Below, in pieces: positions 1-9,144 of a stretch of DNA of 64,000 bases. The notes beneath the pieces were generated by a model. That model did not search any database, was not told the origin of the DNA, and saw only the letters and a program-made list of their open reading frames with translations. Position 1 is the first letter of the stretch; each line of letters opens with the position of its first letter. The position numbers and the translations under genes are program-made. The stretch is from an uncultured delta proteobacterium (GTDB taxonomy: Bacteria > Desulfobacterota > Binatia > UBA9968): contig CAVXEP010000033.1 of NCBI GenBank assembly GCA_963760795.1, positions 57,192-121,191 of the forward strand, in the 5' to 3' direction.

Positions 1-22
1 CGCCAGTAAAATTTGTCGCCAT
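1..22 (-). CDS. 5' end of a gene running off the left window edge (MATNFTG...)
   Basis: ATG at 22 on the minus strand, preceded by an AAAAGGAGG Shine-Dalgarno; only 7 codons visible. Confidence 0.55.
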
Positions 23-127
23 ACTTTGCCCTCCTTTTGGTTATTGAACTCTCATTAAAACTGAATGACTCTCGACTTTAGACCGAGGGGTTCTGAATTC
101 GGTGACTGGAAGTCGACTCTTCCTTTC

Positions 128-208
128 GTCATTCCGGCGCGGGCCGGTATCCATTTTCTTGTACTCGAGTTGAAATCAAACCTGGATGCCGGCCTACGCC
201 GGCACGAC
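128..208. repeat. GTCATT-type palindromic REP-like element
   Basis: GTCATTCCGGCGCGGGCCGGTATCCA ... TGGATGCCGGCCTACGCCGGCACGAC imperfect inverted repeat in an intergenic gap. Confidence 0.75.
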
Positions 209-395
209 AAATCTTTTCTCCGCCTACAGGTAAGTCGCATTCGTTCGAAGCGGTTCGCGGACTCACCACATTCTACGGGTTCCGCCATTTTGATTTTCCG
301 TGGGTGTGCATAAGCACATGAAACACTTCGTCGTGAAAAACTCTTTCCCATTTGATTGCGCCTGTACATCACAAGAGCCTAAAGAACCTTTAGAT

Positions 396-1058
396 TTAAG
401 CTCTCCAGTGGGGTGGGTAAGTACGCTGATAGTTAGGCAACGCTTCGATGCGTCCGACCCATTTGGCGAGGTTGGGATAATAGGTCGCCAGCGGCAGCCA
501 TTGCAGCTTGAATGGTTGCGCCGCCTCCTTGGCGGCCGCGCGCAGGATGAGTTGAATCAGCGGAAATATCGCGATGTCGGCGGCGCTGATGGCGTTGCCA
601 ACCAACCAGTTGACGCTTGCCAGCCGTTGATCAAGAATCTCTAGCTCGTGCCGAATGGTACCTGCCGCCTGCTGGATTTCATCGACCTGATCCAAGCCTT
701 TGCCGAAGAACAGCGGTCGAACGACTTTGTCGCCGGCGCTGGTGAGATAGGACTCGCATTCGGAAATCGCCTGCCAAATCAGCGCGGTTTCCTCGGCGCT
801 AGTGCCGAACAGCGGCGGGGCCGGATACTTGCGATCGAGATAACTCATCATCGCCAACGACTCGTAAACCACGAAGCCGCCGTCTTTGAGCGTCGGCACT
901 TTGCCGCGTGGATTGAGTTGCAGATAAGCCGGCGTTTTGTGCTCGCCCTTGGAAAACTCCAAAAGCTTCGACTCGTAAGCCAAGCCTTTCACTTCCAAGG
1001 TCAGCATGACGCGCCAGGCGAACGGACTGCCGCTGCCCCAGTAAAGTTCGATGGCCAT
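396..1058 (-). CDS. glutathione S-transferase family protein
   Basis: 220 aa; GSGSPF N-terminus, LNPRGKVPTL and YESLAM motifs, ISAADI C-terminal capping motif; AGGAGG RBS. Confidence 0.95.
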   Translation of the reverse strand: MAIELYWGSGSPFAWRVMLTLEVKGLAYESKLLEFSKGEHKTPAYLQLNPRGKVPTLKDGGFVVYESLAMMSYLDRKYPAPPLFGTSAEETALIWQAISECESYLTSAGDKVVRPLFFGKGLDQVDEIQQAAGTIRHELEILDQRLASVNWLVGNAISAADIAIFPLIQLILRAAAKEAAQPFKLQWLPLATYYPNLAKWVGRIEALPNYQRTYPPHWRA

Positions 1059-1244
1059 ACTAATTAATCCTCCTTTGTCGGACCAGTTAAACTCCCTTAA
1101 GAATGCAATGACAACTCACCGGAAGGACAATTCCCTGTAATACGAAAACCTTTGACCTCGCGCAAAAAACTTGCCCCATCGACGGCCATTGAGATATAGC
1201 CTGGGAATACTCAAGAAATCCCACTTTAAGAGTTTGGAGTCCAC

Positions 1245-2705
1245 ATGGCCCCACCTACCAATAAGTTTAACAGCCCGATCGCAATGACCCGGCGCCAGTT
1301 TGTCAGGACCGCCGCCGGTGGAATTGCGAGTATCGCCGTGGCCGATAGCGCCGTTCACTCGGCACAGCCTGCGAGAAGTCTTCCGGACAAGATGAGACGC
1401 ATCCTGCTCAAAGGTGGCGTGGTGCTGACTTTCGATGCGGCCACCGGCGACTTTGAAAAGGCCGATGTCTTGATCGAAGGGAAAAAGATCGTCGCGGTGC
1501 AACCGAACATCAGCGCGACGGCGACGGTCATCGATGCTTCGAATATGATCGTTTTGCCGGGCTTTATCGACTCGCACCACCATTGTTATCAGGGTGCCTT
1601 GCGCAACATCCAGACCAACGGCCTGTTGGACGACTACTCGCGCGACATCGTCGGCGAAGCGACGCCCTTTTACCGGCCGGAAGACGCCTATGCCGGCGAG
1701 CTGATTAGTGCCGTCCGCGCCCTCGATGCCGGCATCACGACGGTGATGGATATCTCGCAAGTGTCGAACTCGCCGGAGCATAGCGATGCCTGTATCAAAG
1801 GCTTGCAGGATGGCGGCATACGCGCGGTATTCGCCTACGCGCGCGGTTTTGGGCCCAAGGCGCAGTATCCGCAGGATATTGAGCGTTTGCAGAAGCGCTA
1901 TTTTTCTTCGGCCGATCAGTTGTTGACTCTGGCGATGGGCACACAGTTGACCCAGGAACAGTGGGCCGTGGCGCGCAAAGTCGGCGTGCGGATTTTTACC
2001 CATGTGGTCGGCCGCGCCGCTTGCGATACTATTCTCAAATGGGGCCAAGCCGGTCTCATGCGCGCGGACAACGTTTATATCCACGCGACCAGCGCCAGCG
2101 CGGAGTTCATGCGCAAGACCGCTGACAGCGGGGGCAGCGTGTCGATCGCGGCGCCCATCGAGATGACCATGCGCCACGGCATGCCGCCGCTGCAGCTAGC
2201 GCTCGATAATGGCATCCGCCCGAGTCTCAGCAGCGATGTCGAGACCACCATGGCGGCGGATATGTTCACGCAGATGCGCTCGGTGTTCACATTGCAACGG
2301 GCCTTCGTCAACGAGCGGGCGATCGCCGGCGAGAAGAATCTGCCGGCAATGTTAACGGCGCGGGAAGTGATCGGCTTTGCCACCGTGGAAGGAGCCAAGT
2401 GCACCGGCCTCGACCGCAAGGTCGGCACGCTGACGCCGGGCAAAGAAGCGGATGTCGTCATGCTGCGCACAGATTTGCCCAACGTATTGCCTTTCAATAA
2501 CGCCTACGGCGCCATCGTCGCCCATATGGACACGAGTAACGTCGATACCGTGCTGGTCGCGGGTAAGGTGATGAAGCGCGCCGGCAAATTAATCGGCGTC
2601 GACATGAAACATATCGCCCAACTCGCCGACCGCTCGCGCAACTATATCGTCGGCAAAACCGGCTGGCCACGCTCGGTGCTCGATACCAGCAGAGCCGGGC
2701 GATGA
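1245..2705 (+). CDS. amidohydrolase (cytosine/SAH-deaminase-like) with predicted Tat signal
   Basis: PGFIDSHHH metal motif, LSSD, GTLTPGKEADVV; N-terminal TRRQFV plus hydrophobic stretch (alternative start 1284). Confidence 0.88.
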   Translation: MAPPTNKFNSPIAMTRRQFVRTAAGGIASIAVADSAVHSAQPARSLPDKMRRILLKGGVVLTFDAATGDFEKADVLIEGKKIVAVQPNISATATVIDASNMIVLPGFIDSHHHCYQGALRNIQTNGLLDDYSRDIVGEATPFYRPEDAYAGELISAVRALDAGITTVMDISQVSNSPEHSDACIKGLQDGGIRAVFAYARGFGPKAQYPQDIERLQKRYFSSADQLLTLAMGTQLTQEQWAVARKVGVRIFTHVVGRAACDTILKWGQAGLMRADNVYIHATSASAEFMRKTADSGGSVSIAAPIEMTMRHGMPPLQLALDNGIRPSLSSDVETTMAADMFTQMRSVFTLQRAFVNERAIAGEKNLPAMLTAREVIGFATVEGAKCTGLDRKVGTLTPGKEADVVMLRTDLPNVLPFNNAYGAIVAHMDTSNVDTVLVAGKVMKRAGKLIGVDMKHIAQLADRSRNYIVGKTGWPRSVLDTSRAGR

Positions 2706-2740
2706 GCATTGAGTTGTCGGCGTTCGGGCGCTGACCAGCG

Positions 2741-2798
2741 GTGTCATTTCGACCGGAGGGGAGAAATCCAGGATCTCTCATTGCGTTCGAGATGACAC
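2741..2798. repeat. GTCATT-type palindromic REP-like element between convergent genes
   Basis: GTGTCATTTCGA ... TCGAGATGACAC inverted repeat; a half copy TTTCTCGCTGCGCTCGAAATGACA lies near 49031-49055. Confidence 0.75.
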
Positions 2799-2818
2799 TA
2801 ACCCTGATTTCCGATGCG

Positions 2819-3538
2819 CTACTCATCCAGCTCCGGATAGTGACGAAAGATCCCATTGGTGTTGAAGGCTAAGCGACGCGGCGATGCCAGATATTTTTTT
2901 ATCCGCGGCCGGGCGGCGACTCGGTCGTGCAGGGCGATGGCGCGCGGGATGGTCGGTGCCACTTTTGCCATGGCGCGGGGAAAGGCGTAGCGCAGCCCCT
3001 CGACCATTTGAAATAGCGACAGATCGGCGTAGCAAATCTTTTTTCCGAGCAGGTAGGGAGCGGCTTTGCCGTTTCTCTGCAATATCTTTTCGTAGTAGCC
3101 GAAAAACTTCGGAATGCGCTGGGAAGTGAAAAAGGATGAGCGTTTTTTCGCTTCGTCCTTTTGTTCTTCGTAGTAAAGCGCGTTGGCGATGGGATGATGG
3201 GTGTTGCCGACCTCGGCCACCCAATCGGTCACCGTCAGCTGCAATTGATGCACCCACAGCCGGCTCGCTTGGTCCTTCGGCACCAGTCCCAAGCGTGGGC
3301 CAAGGTACTGAAGAATATTAGCCGTCTGACCGATCATGAGCTTGCCGGCTTTCAAGAATGGCGGCGCATAGGATGGATACTCGACGCTGGGATCTTCGAG
3401 AATCTTCATGATGCCGGGACGGCCGAAGGCGGGATCACGCGCGACGTCGACATAGTCGGCACCGGCATCTTCCAGCGCCAAGCGGACGAATTCACCGCGG
3501 CCTTGAATGGACGGTTGGTAGTAGAGCTCGTAGCGCAT
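2819..3538 (-). CDS. glutathione S-transferase
   Basis: 239 aa; YYQPSIQGRGEFVRLALE, APPFL, GQTANIL, YADLSLFQ. Confidence 0.93.
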   Translation of the reverse strand: MRYELYYQPSIQGRGEFVRLALEDAGADYVDVARDPAFGRPGIMKILEDPSVEYPSYAPPFLKAGKLMIGQTANILQYLGPRLGLVPKDQASRLWVHQLQLTVTDWVAEVGNTHHPIANALYYEEQKDEAKKRSSFFTSQRIPKFFGYYEKILQRNGKAAPYLLGKKICYADLSLFQMVEGLRYAFPRAMAKVAPTIPRAIALHDRVAARPRIKKYLASPRRLAFNTNGIFRHYPELDE

Positions 3539-3555
3539 ATTCGGTCTCCTTTTCG

Positions 3556-3647
3556 TCGAGGATAGATGATGGAGGATAGATGATGGCGACGGATCAGAGT
3601 TCTCAGCCGGGCTCCATCGATCCTCATCCTCGATCTTCCATCCTCGA
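3556..3647. repeat. inverted array of ~7-bp GAGGATA/GATGATG units
   Basis: TCGAGGATAGATGATGGAGGATAGATGATGG ... CCATCGATCCTCATCCTCGATCTTCCATCCTCGA. Confidence 0.7.
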
Positions 3648-3657
3648 CCATTTTCAC

Positions 3658-4692
3658 TTAGCGCGGCGCCAGCTTATCGATCAAACCGCTGGTCTCGAAA
3701 GACCTGAGCAAGCTGTTATCGACAATTCCTTTCGCGTCGACTTTCGGCAGCGGCGGGCCTTGGCTCTGCATGGCGTCAATCGTCGCCCGCGTCGAAGCCT
3801 CATCGACATAGGGAATGCGCGGCAAGTCCGACGCCATCTCGTCGTAGAACTTATTCAAGATTTCGGCGTCGCGTTGGCGCGTGTATTTGGCGATTACGCG
3901 GATGGTCGAGTCTCTTTGGCTGCGCACATGGGCGAGCCCTTCAACATAACCGCGCAAAAACGCCTCGGCGCCGTCGCGCCGCTCGCGCAGGTATTTTCGC
4001 GTCGTGCCGGTGATCGTAATCAGTTGGCGGATGCCGAGATCACGGATGATCGAAAACTTTCTCAGCCCCTGCTTTTCGGCGGCGTAGGTGTTGGGCGCCG
4101 TCAGGATGGTCGCGGCGGCTTGCTTGCGCAGCACCGCGGCGGTGCGCTCCGGTTGGCCGGCGGTGCCGAACTGGACGAACTGGACATCTTCCTTCTTGAG
4201 GCCGACCTGTTCCAGGACTTTCAAAAAATAACCGTAGGTCGGGCTGGTCGGGTCGAGGGCGATTCTCTTGCCGCGCAGATCTTCCAACTTCACGACGCTC
4301 GGATCGGTAAGCAAGACATAATGGGCCACGGTGTTGTACTGGGTAGCGATGAACACGCCGTCGCCGCCACCGGAAACCAGCCGGATCAATCCCTCGGCGC
4401 CGCCCTGGTAGAATTGAATCTCACCGGCGGTGAGCGCCGATAACATGACGCGGTTGCCCTGGATGTAAGCGAGCTTGCTGTCCAGTCCATGTCTGGCGAA
4501 CAGGCCAAGATCCTGGGCCACCCACAGCGGCGCAAAGCTGCCGCTGATCGCGGAGTAACCGATGGTGACGGCGGCGGGCTTCTTGTCTTGCGCGCTGGCG
4601 GCTGTGGTGAGACAGCAAGCGAGCACAAAAGCCTCGATGGCCAGCCGACGCCGGAAATGGGTCTTGGCGTGGTAATGAAAGACTGATTTCAC
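3658..4692 (-). CDS. ABC transporter substrate-binding protein, NMT1/SsuA-like
   Basis: signal peptide ending ASAQD, GYSAISGSFAPLWVAQDLGLF, LRGKRIA; start uncertain because the ORF-track extension to 4812 runs through a repeat. Confidence 0.85.
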   Translation of the reverse strand: MKSVFHYHAKTHFRRRLAIEAFVLACCLTTAASAQDKKPAAVTIGYSAISGSFAPLWVAQDLGLFARHGLDSKLAYIQGNRVMLSALTAGEIQFYQGGAEGLIRLVSGGGDGVFIATQYNTVAHYVLLTDPSVVKLEDLRGKRIALDPTSPTYGYFLKVLEQVGLKKEDVQFVQFGTAGQPERTAAVLRKQAAATILTAPNTYAAEKQGLRKFSIIRDLGIRQLITITGTTRKYLRERRDGAEAFLRGYVEGLAHVRSQRDSTIRVIAKYTRQRDAEILNKFYDEMASDLPRIPYVDEASTRATIDAMQSQGPPLPKVDAKGIVDNSLLRSFETSGLIDKLAPR

Positions 4693-4768
4693 CACGAAGG
4701 ACACGAAAATCACGAAGTTTTCGGCCATGAGTTTTCCAACCTTCGTGTCCTTCGTGCCTTCGTGGTGA
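4689..4768. repeat. CACGAAG nonamer-periodic inverted repeat
   Basis: TCACCACGAAGGACACGAAAATCACGAAG ... CTTCGTGTCCTTCGTGCCTTCGTGGTGA; a half copy lies at 58270-58298. Confidence 0.8.
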
Positions 4769-4826
4769 GATTGTATTTTCGTCGTCATGGCATTCTTGTC
4801 GTACATGCGCATTTTCAGAATTCCGA

Positions 4827-5951
4827 CTACTTCAAAATTTTTCGCGCGAACTCGCCAGCCGGCTCGCGCCAGTTGGCGACCACGTCTTCACCGAAGAATC
4901 GTACTTTCTCGAACTCCTCCGGCGTGGAGACGTCTTTGGCCGCCGGGGTGTTGTAGCGCGTCAGCCATTTGGTGTCGACGTCGAAGCGCCGGGTGCCCTG
5001 GGTGAGGGCGCGGCCGTAGAGATCTTGGCCTTCCTTGCCGAGCAGCCAGTTGATGTAGACTTTAGCCGCGTTCGGATGGGGCGCGTTGGCCATGACCGCG
5101 ACCGTGCCAAAGCCGTTGCTGCCGCCCATGCCTTCTTTGATCGATGTCAGTGCTTTGATCGGCAAGCCGCCTTTGATGTAGGGGTCGACAAAGCGCTGCG
5201 CCACGGCGAGGGCCACGGCGAGATTCCCTTTGGCCAGATTGACGGCGATCTGCTGGCCGTCGCGATGAATGTAGAGGTTTTGCTCGGCGAGTTTTTGCAG
5301 GAACTCTTTGCCTTTGGCGCGCATTAGATATCCCCACAAACCCTGGCCGGCGCTGGCGACCCGCGGCTCGAACATGCCGATCTTGCCTTTCCACTTGGGC
5401 TGCAACAGGTCGTCGTAGGAAGTGATTTCGTTGGCCTTGACCAAGTCCGAGTTGTAAAACGGCGGCACAGTGTAGTCGGCGGAGAAAGAATAGATAAAGC
5501 GGTTGGTTTTGACGTTGTCCTCCCACATATGTCCGCCCCACCATTGTTTGGCATCGCGAACTTCGGGGAGAACCACATTGTCCATAAACGGCGCGAGCAT
5601 GTTGTCATTGCGCAGCGGCTGCAGCGTGCCCGAACCGCCGTGCAGCACGTCGAAATGCTTCACCCCGGCCTTGAATTCGGCGATCGCCCGTTGGGCATTC
5701 TGCGGCCCCGGCGCCGAGAGCAGCTCCAACTCGATGCCGAAGCGGCTTTCAAAAGTTTCTTTGAATTGCTTGCGCAGCACCGCGGTGGGCGGGCCGCCGG
5801 CGACGACTTTGCCTTCTTTCTTCGCCGCTTCGACGATGCGGCGCCATTCGTCTTGGGCATCGGCGGCAAACAGCTCGTGATTGGAATATGGCCAGCAAAC
5901 CAACAGCATTCCCAGGATGGAAATTTGCTTGAGTCTTAACGGCGAGAACAT
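4827..5951 (-). CDS. extracellular solute-binding protein (Fe3+/AfuA-like family)
   Basis: signal peptide, EAAKKEGKVV, DLLQPKWKGKI, APHPNAAKVYINWLL. Confidence 0.88.
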   Translation of the reverse strand: MFSPLRLKQISILGMLLVCWPYSNHELFAADAQDEWRRIVEAAKKEGKVVAGGPPTAVLRKQFKETFESRFGIELELLSAPGPQNAQRAIAEFKAGVKHFDVLHGGSGTLQPLRNDNMLAPFMDNVVLPEVRDAKQWWGGHMWEDNVKTNRFIYSFSADYTVPPFYNSDLVKANEITSYDDLLQPKWKGKIGMFEPRVASAGQGLWGYLMRAKGKEFLQKLAEQNLYIHRDGQQIAVNLAKGNLAVALAVAQRFVDPYIKGGLPIKALTSIKEGMGGSNGFGTVAVMANAPHPNAAKVYINWLLGKEGQDLYGRALTQGTRRFDVDTKWLTRYNTPAAKDVSTPEEFEKVRFFGEDVVANWREPAGEFARKILK

Positions 5952-6366
5952 TTTACGAGTCTCCAGAACTGATAAGCTGCTTTGGCGATTGTCTTATCCC
6001 GACAACGCTTGTGACATCAAGTCGTGCAATTCTTTTTTTGATCCCGCCGAGTTCCTGAGTGACTCTGCCATGAGTGCCGGGGCAGGTTTGAAACAGCCGA
6101 GGGCCGCGGCAGCCGCCAGCGTTTCCCCAGCGCCAGCACAGGGTTGCAGTTCGTTTTCGGGGTGATAAATTCGTTAGCGGGGTGATAAATAGGGTTCATC
6201 ATGCCGTGTCGAAAAAGGTCTTCGCAACAGCAGTCGAAGAGAGCGTTCAGTCGGATGATCGCTGGCTTCGGCAGGATCAGTTTCGAATGCTTGAGTACAT
6301 AGCCGTCGCGATCTCCAGGCCACGAGGCCAGATGTCGTCGCGCCGTTAACGCGGTCAGGGAGCTTT

Positions 6367-7893
6367 ATGTATTGCAATCATTTCGGCTTTGAGGAATTGC
6401 CCTTCAGTGTGACACCGGACCCGCGGTTCATTTACAACAGCGCCAACCACGAGGACGTGCTGGGCAAATTGCGCTACGGGATCGAGGCGAAGAAGGGGTT
6501 CATCGTCGTTTCAGGCGAGGCGGGTACCGGCAAAACGACACTTCTGCGCCGCTTGATGCGGAGTTTTTCAAATCGTATCGCGTACGCCTACATCTTCAAT
6601 CCGCGTTTGAAATTCACCTCATTGTTACGTGCGATCCTCAAAGACTTGGGCCTTTCCGCCATGGCGACGGACAAGGAATCGATGCTGGAGCAACTCAACG
6701 ACTACGTGCTGCGGCAACATGAGCAAGGGCGCATTGTGACCTGGATATTCGATGAGGCTCAGGGCCTGAGCGACGAAGTGTTGGAGGAACTCAGACTCCT
6801 GGGCAATCTCGAGACCGATAGCGAGAAGCTGATTCAGATCATTCTGGTTGGCCAACCGGAGCTTGACAGTCGGCTGGATCAGCCAAAAATGCGTCAGTTC
6901 AAACAACGGGTCGCTCATCGTCATGTCTTGTATCCGCTTGCTCCTCATGAGGTCAGTCCTTATCTCGCGGCGCGGCTCAATCAAGCAGGTTACAAAGGCG
7001 AAGAGCTTTTCAACTTAACGACGGTAAACCTAATCGCCGGATACTCGCGCGGCATTCCCCGTGTGATCAATTCGCTATGCGATAACGCATTGGAGCGTGC
7101 CTACCAGGCGGGGTGCACGACGATTACACCGGAGGTCATCGACGACGCTGCAGCGGAACTGCGCTTGGACGGGAGGTTGCCGTCGGAGATTAAGTCACCT
7201 GTGGAGACGGCCGATGCTCCGAGTGAGTTGGCAAATTGTCGCGCACCGGCAATTGTCGATACCGGTGGTCGAGCTGACGAGCTCATTTCAGCTGGCGAAT
7301 ATGACACCCCGCCACCGATCGGATCGGTTGCTCGACCGGTTCGTGCGGCGGTAGACAAGAAGCAACTTAGGTTTGCCACCGGTGCCCTGACTGCGATTGT
7401 CGTCTTGGCTTGGGGATGGGCGGTCTCGTGGCCCCCAAGAACTGAGGTCACCGTTTCACAAACGAACAAGTCCACGATGGAGGTTCGCAATGTTATGCCA
7501 AAGCTCACGGTCACGCACGCCTCGGTAGGGACCAGTTCGGATCGTCCCGACACGTCAGGGCTTTCCCCTCAGGTTATGCCGCGGGCGTCGATTGGCGCTC
7601 CGCCGGAAAGCGATCCGCAGACCGCGGAGCGACCTCGTGAAACGCAGCAGCCCCCTGTCGCTACTCGCAAAAGCGTTAAACCGCCTGCGCTTAAGGAATT
7701 TCGCGTTAGCGAAGCAACATTTTTGCGAAACAAACCGACGGCGAACGCAGACATCATCGATACCCTACGGCCAGGGATTCGAGTCGTAGTTATCGGTCGC
7801 GGCGGTGAATTCCTTCGCGTGCGTTCTTTGGGCGACGATAAGTTTAGCGGTTATGTCCACGTGGACGATGCGTTCTTTGAACCGCTCCGGTAG
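6367..7893 (+). CDS. ExeA/GspA-like AAA ATPase with TM segment and C-terminal SH3-like domain
   Basis: MYCNHFGFEELPFSVTPDP start, Walker A GEAGTGKT, Walker B IFDEAQ, LVGQPEL, SRGIPRVINSLCD; C-terminal LRNKP...GYVH SH3b-like. Confidence 0.9.
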   Translation: MYCNHFGFEELPFSVTPDPRFIYNSANHEDVLGKLRYGIEAKKGFIVVSGEAGTGKTTLLRRLMRSFSNRIAYAYIFNPRLKFTSLLRAILKDLGLSAMATDKESMLEQLNDYVLRQHEQGRIVTWIFDEAQGLSDEVLEELRLLGNLETDSEKLIQIILVGQPELDSRLDQPKMRQFKQRVAHRHVLYPLAPHEVSPYLAARLNQAGYKGEELFNLTTVNLIAGYSRGIPRVINSLCDNALERAYQAGCTTITPEVIDDAAAELRLDGRLPSEIKSPVETADAPSELANCRAPAIVDTGGRADELISAGEYDTPPPIGSVARPVRAAVDKKQLRFATGALTAIVVLAWGWAVSWPPRTEVTVSQTNKSTMEVRNVMPKLTVTHASVGTSSDRPDTSGLSPQVMPRASIGAPPESDPQTAERPRETQQPPVATRKSVKPPALKEFRVSEATFLRNKPTANADIIDTLRPGIRVVVIGRGGEFLRVRSLGDDKFSGYVHVDDAFFEPLR

Positions 7894-7978
7894 CATCGCC
7901 GGTCGGAAATCGGCAGCTCTTGATGGGTTGCCGATGCCGCAGCGCGCTGATTCCATTTAGCTTGCGACCTGAGGGCTG

Positions 7979-9028
7979 TTGCTGAACGATATGAAAATTC
8001 GCATTGCCGTATTGTCGTGGCTTCTATTCTGCGCTGTTCCAGTTTGGGCGCAGGTTCCTTTCTTTCAAGATAAGACGATTTCCGTGATTCTTGGCGGACC
8101 GCCGGCGGGCTCGGCGGATTTGCGCACGCGCGCGGTCATTAACATTCTACGCAAACATATTCCCGGCAACCCAACAATTTTGATTCAGCATATGGGCGGC
8201 GGCGGCGGCCGGCAGGCAGCCAATCACGTTTACAAAGTTGCCAAGCCCGACGGTCTGACCATCGGCAGCATGGGCGCGGCGCTGGTGACCAACGCAATAC
8301 TCGGCGAGCCGGGGGTGCAGTACGACATCGACAAGTTAATTTATCTGGGCACGCCGGACAGCGCGCAGCACTATCTCTTCATCACCCATGGCGATGCGGG
8401 GTTAAACAGCTTGGAAAAACTGCGCGCCGCGAGCAACGTGCGCATCGCCGCCCAGTCGGTGGGCCACCCGATTTATATTACCGGGCGGGTTTTCGCTTAT
8501 CTGCTCGGTTTGAAAGAGCCCAAATTTGTCGTCGGCTTTACCGGCCCTGAGATTGACGTCGCTCTGGCCCAGCGCGAGGCCGATAGTCGAGTCAGCACCG
8601 GCGACTCGCTGATCCGGCGCAACCGCGACTGGTTGGACAAGGGACTGGTGGACGTCCATGCGAGCATCGAGATTCCCAAGGGCGAACGTCATCCGCGTTT
8701 CGCCCACGTGCCGGAACTTGGCAGCTTCGCGAAATCGGACCGCGAGAGAAAAATGGTCGAAATGTTTCGCGCCTTCCGCATCGCCGGCCAAAACTTTTTC
8801 CTGCCGCCGGGCGTGCCCAGAGATCGCGTGCAGATACTTGCCGACGCCATGCGTAAGACTCTCAGCGACCCCGAGTTCTTGAAAGAATACCAAAAGCTCT
8901 CCGGCGAGGCGGCATCGCCCCTGGCCGCCGAAGCGTTGGATAAAGTGATCAAAGAGCTGCCGCGGGATGCCAATGTCGTTGAGCTATTCAACAAACTCGG
9001 TGGCGCAGATCCGCTGCCGTCAAGATGA
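7979..9028 (+). CDS. tripartite tricarboxylate transporter substrate-binding protein (Bug/TctC-like)
   Basis: GGPPAGSAD, HIPGNP, GGGGRQAANHVY..KPDGLT, PPGVPRDRV; likely start 7991. Confidence 0.88.
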   Translation: MLNDMKIRIAVLSWLLFCAVPVWAQVPFFQDKTISVILGGPPAGSADLRTRAVINILRKHIPGNPTILIQHMGGGGGRQAANHVYKVAKPDGLTIGSMGAALVTNAILGEPGVQYDIDKLIYLGTPDSAQHYLFITHGDAGLNSLEKLRAASNVRIAAQSVGHPIYITGRVFAYLLGLKEPKFVVGFTGPEIDVALAQREADSRVSTGDSLIRRNRDWLDKGLVDVHASIEIPKGERHPRFAHVPELGSFAKSDRERKMVEMFRAFRIAGQNFFLPPGVPRDRVQILADAMRKTLSDPEFLKEYQKLSGEAASPLAAEALDKVIKELPRDANVVELFNKLGGADPLPSR

Positions 9029-9144
9029 AATCTGTCTTTTCGATCGCCGTGGTTTTTTCAACAACGGTACAAGTATAGATACGACGATAGTGCTTCGATC
9101 ATGCACCGGGCGCACGCAAATCGGTAGAATACAATTTGTTGCGT

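Noticed and set aside
4693-4812. N-terminal extension of the SBP ORF (HHEGTKDTKV...FVIFVSFVV)
   Set aside because: It is the translation of the CACGAAG palindromic repeat; the signal peptide starts further downstream.
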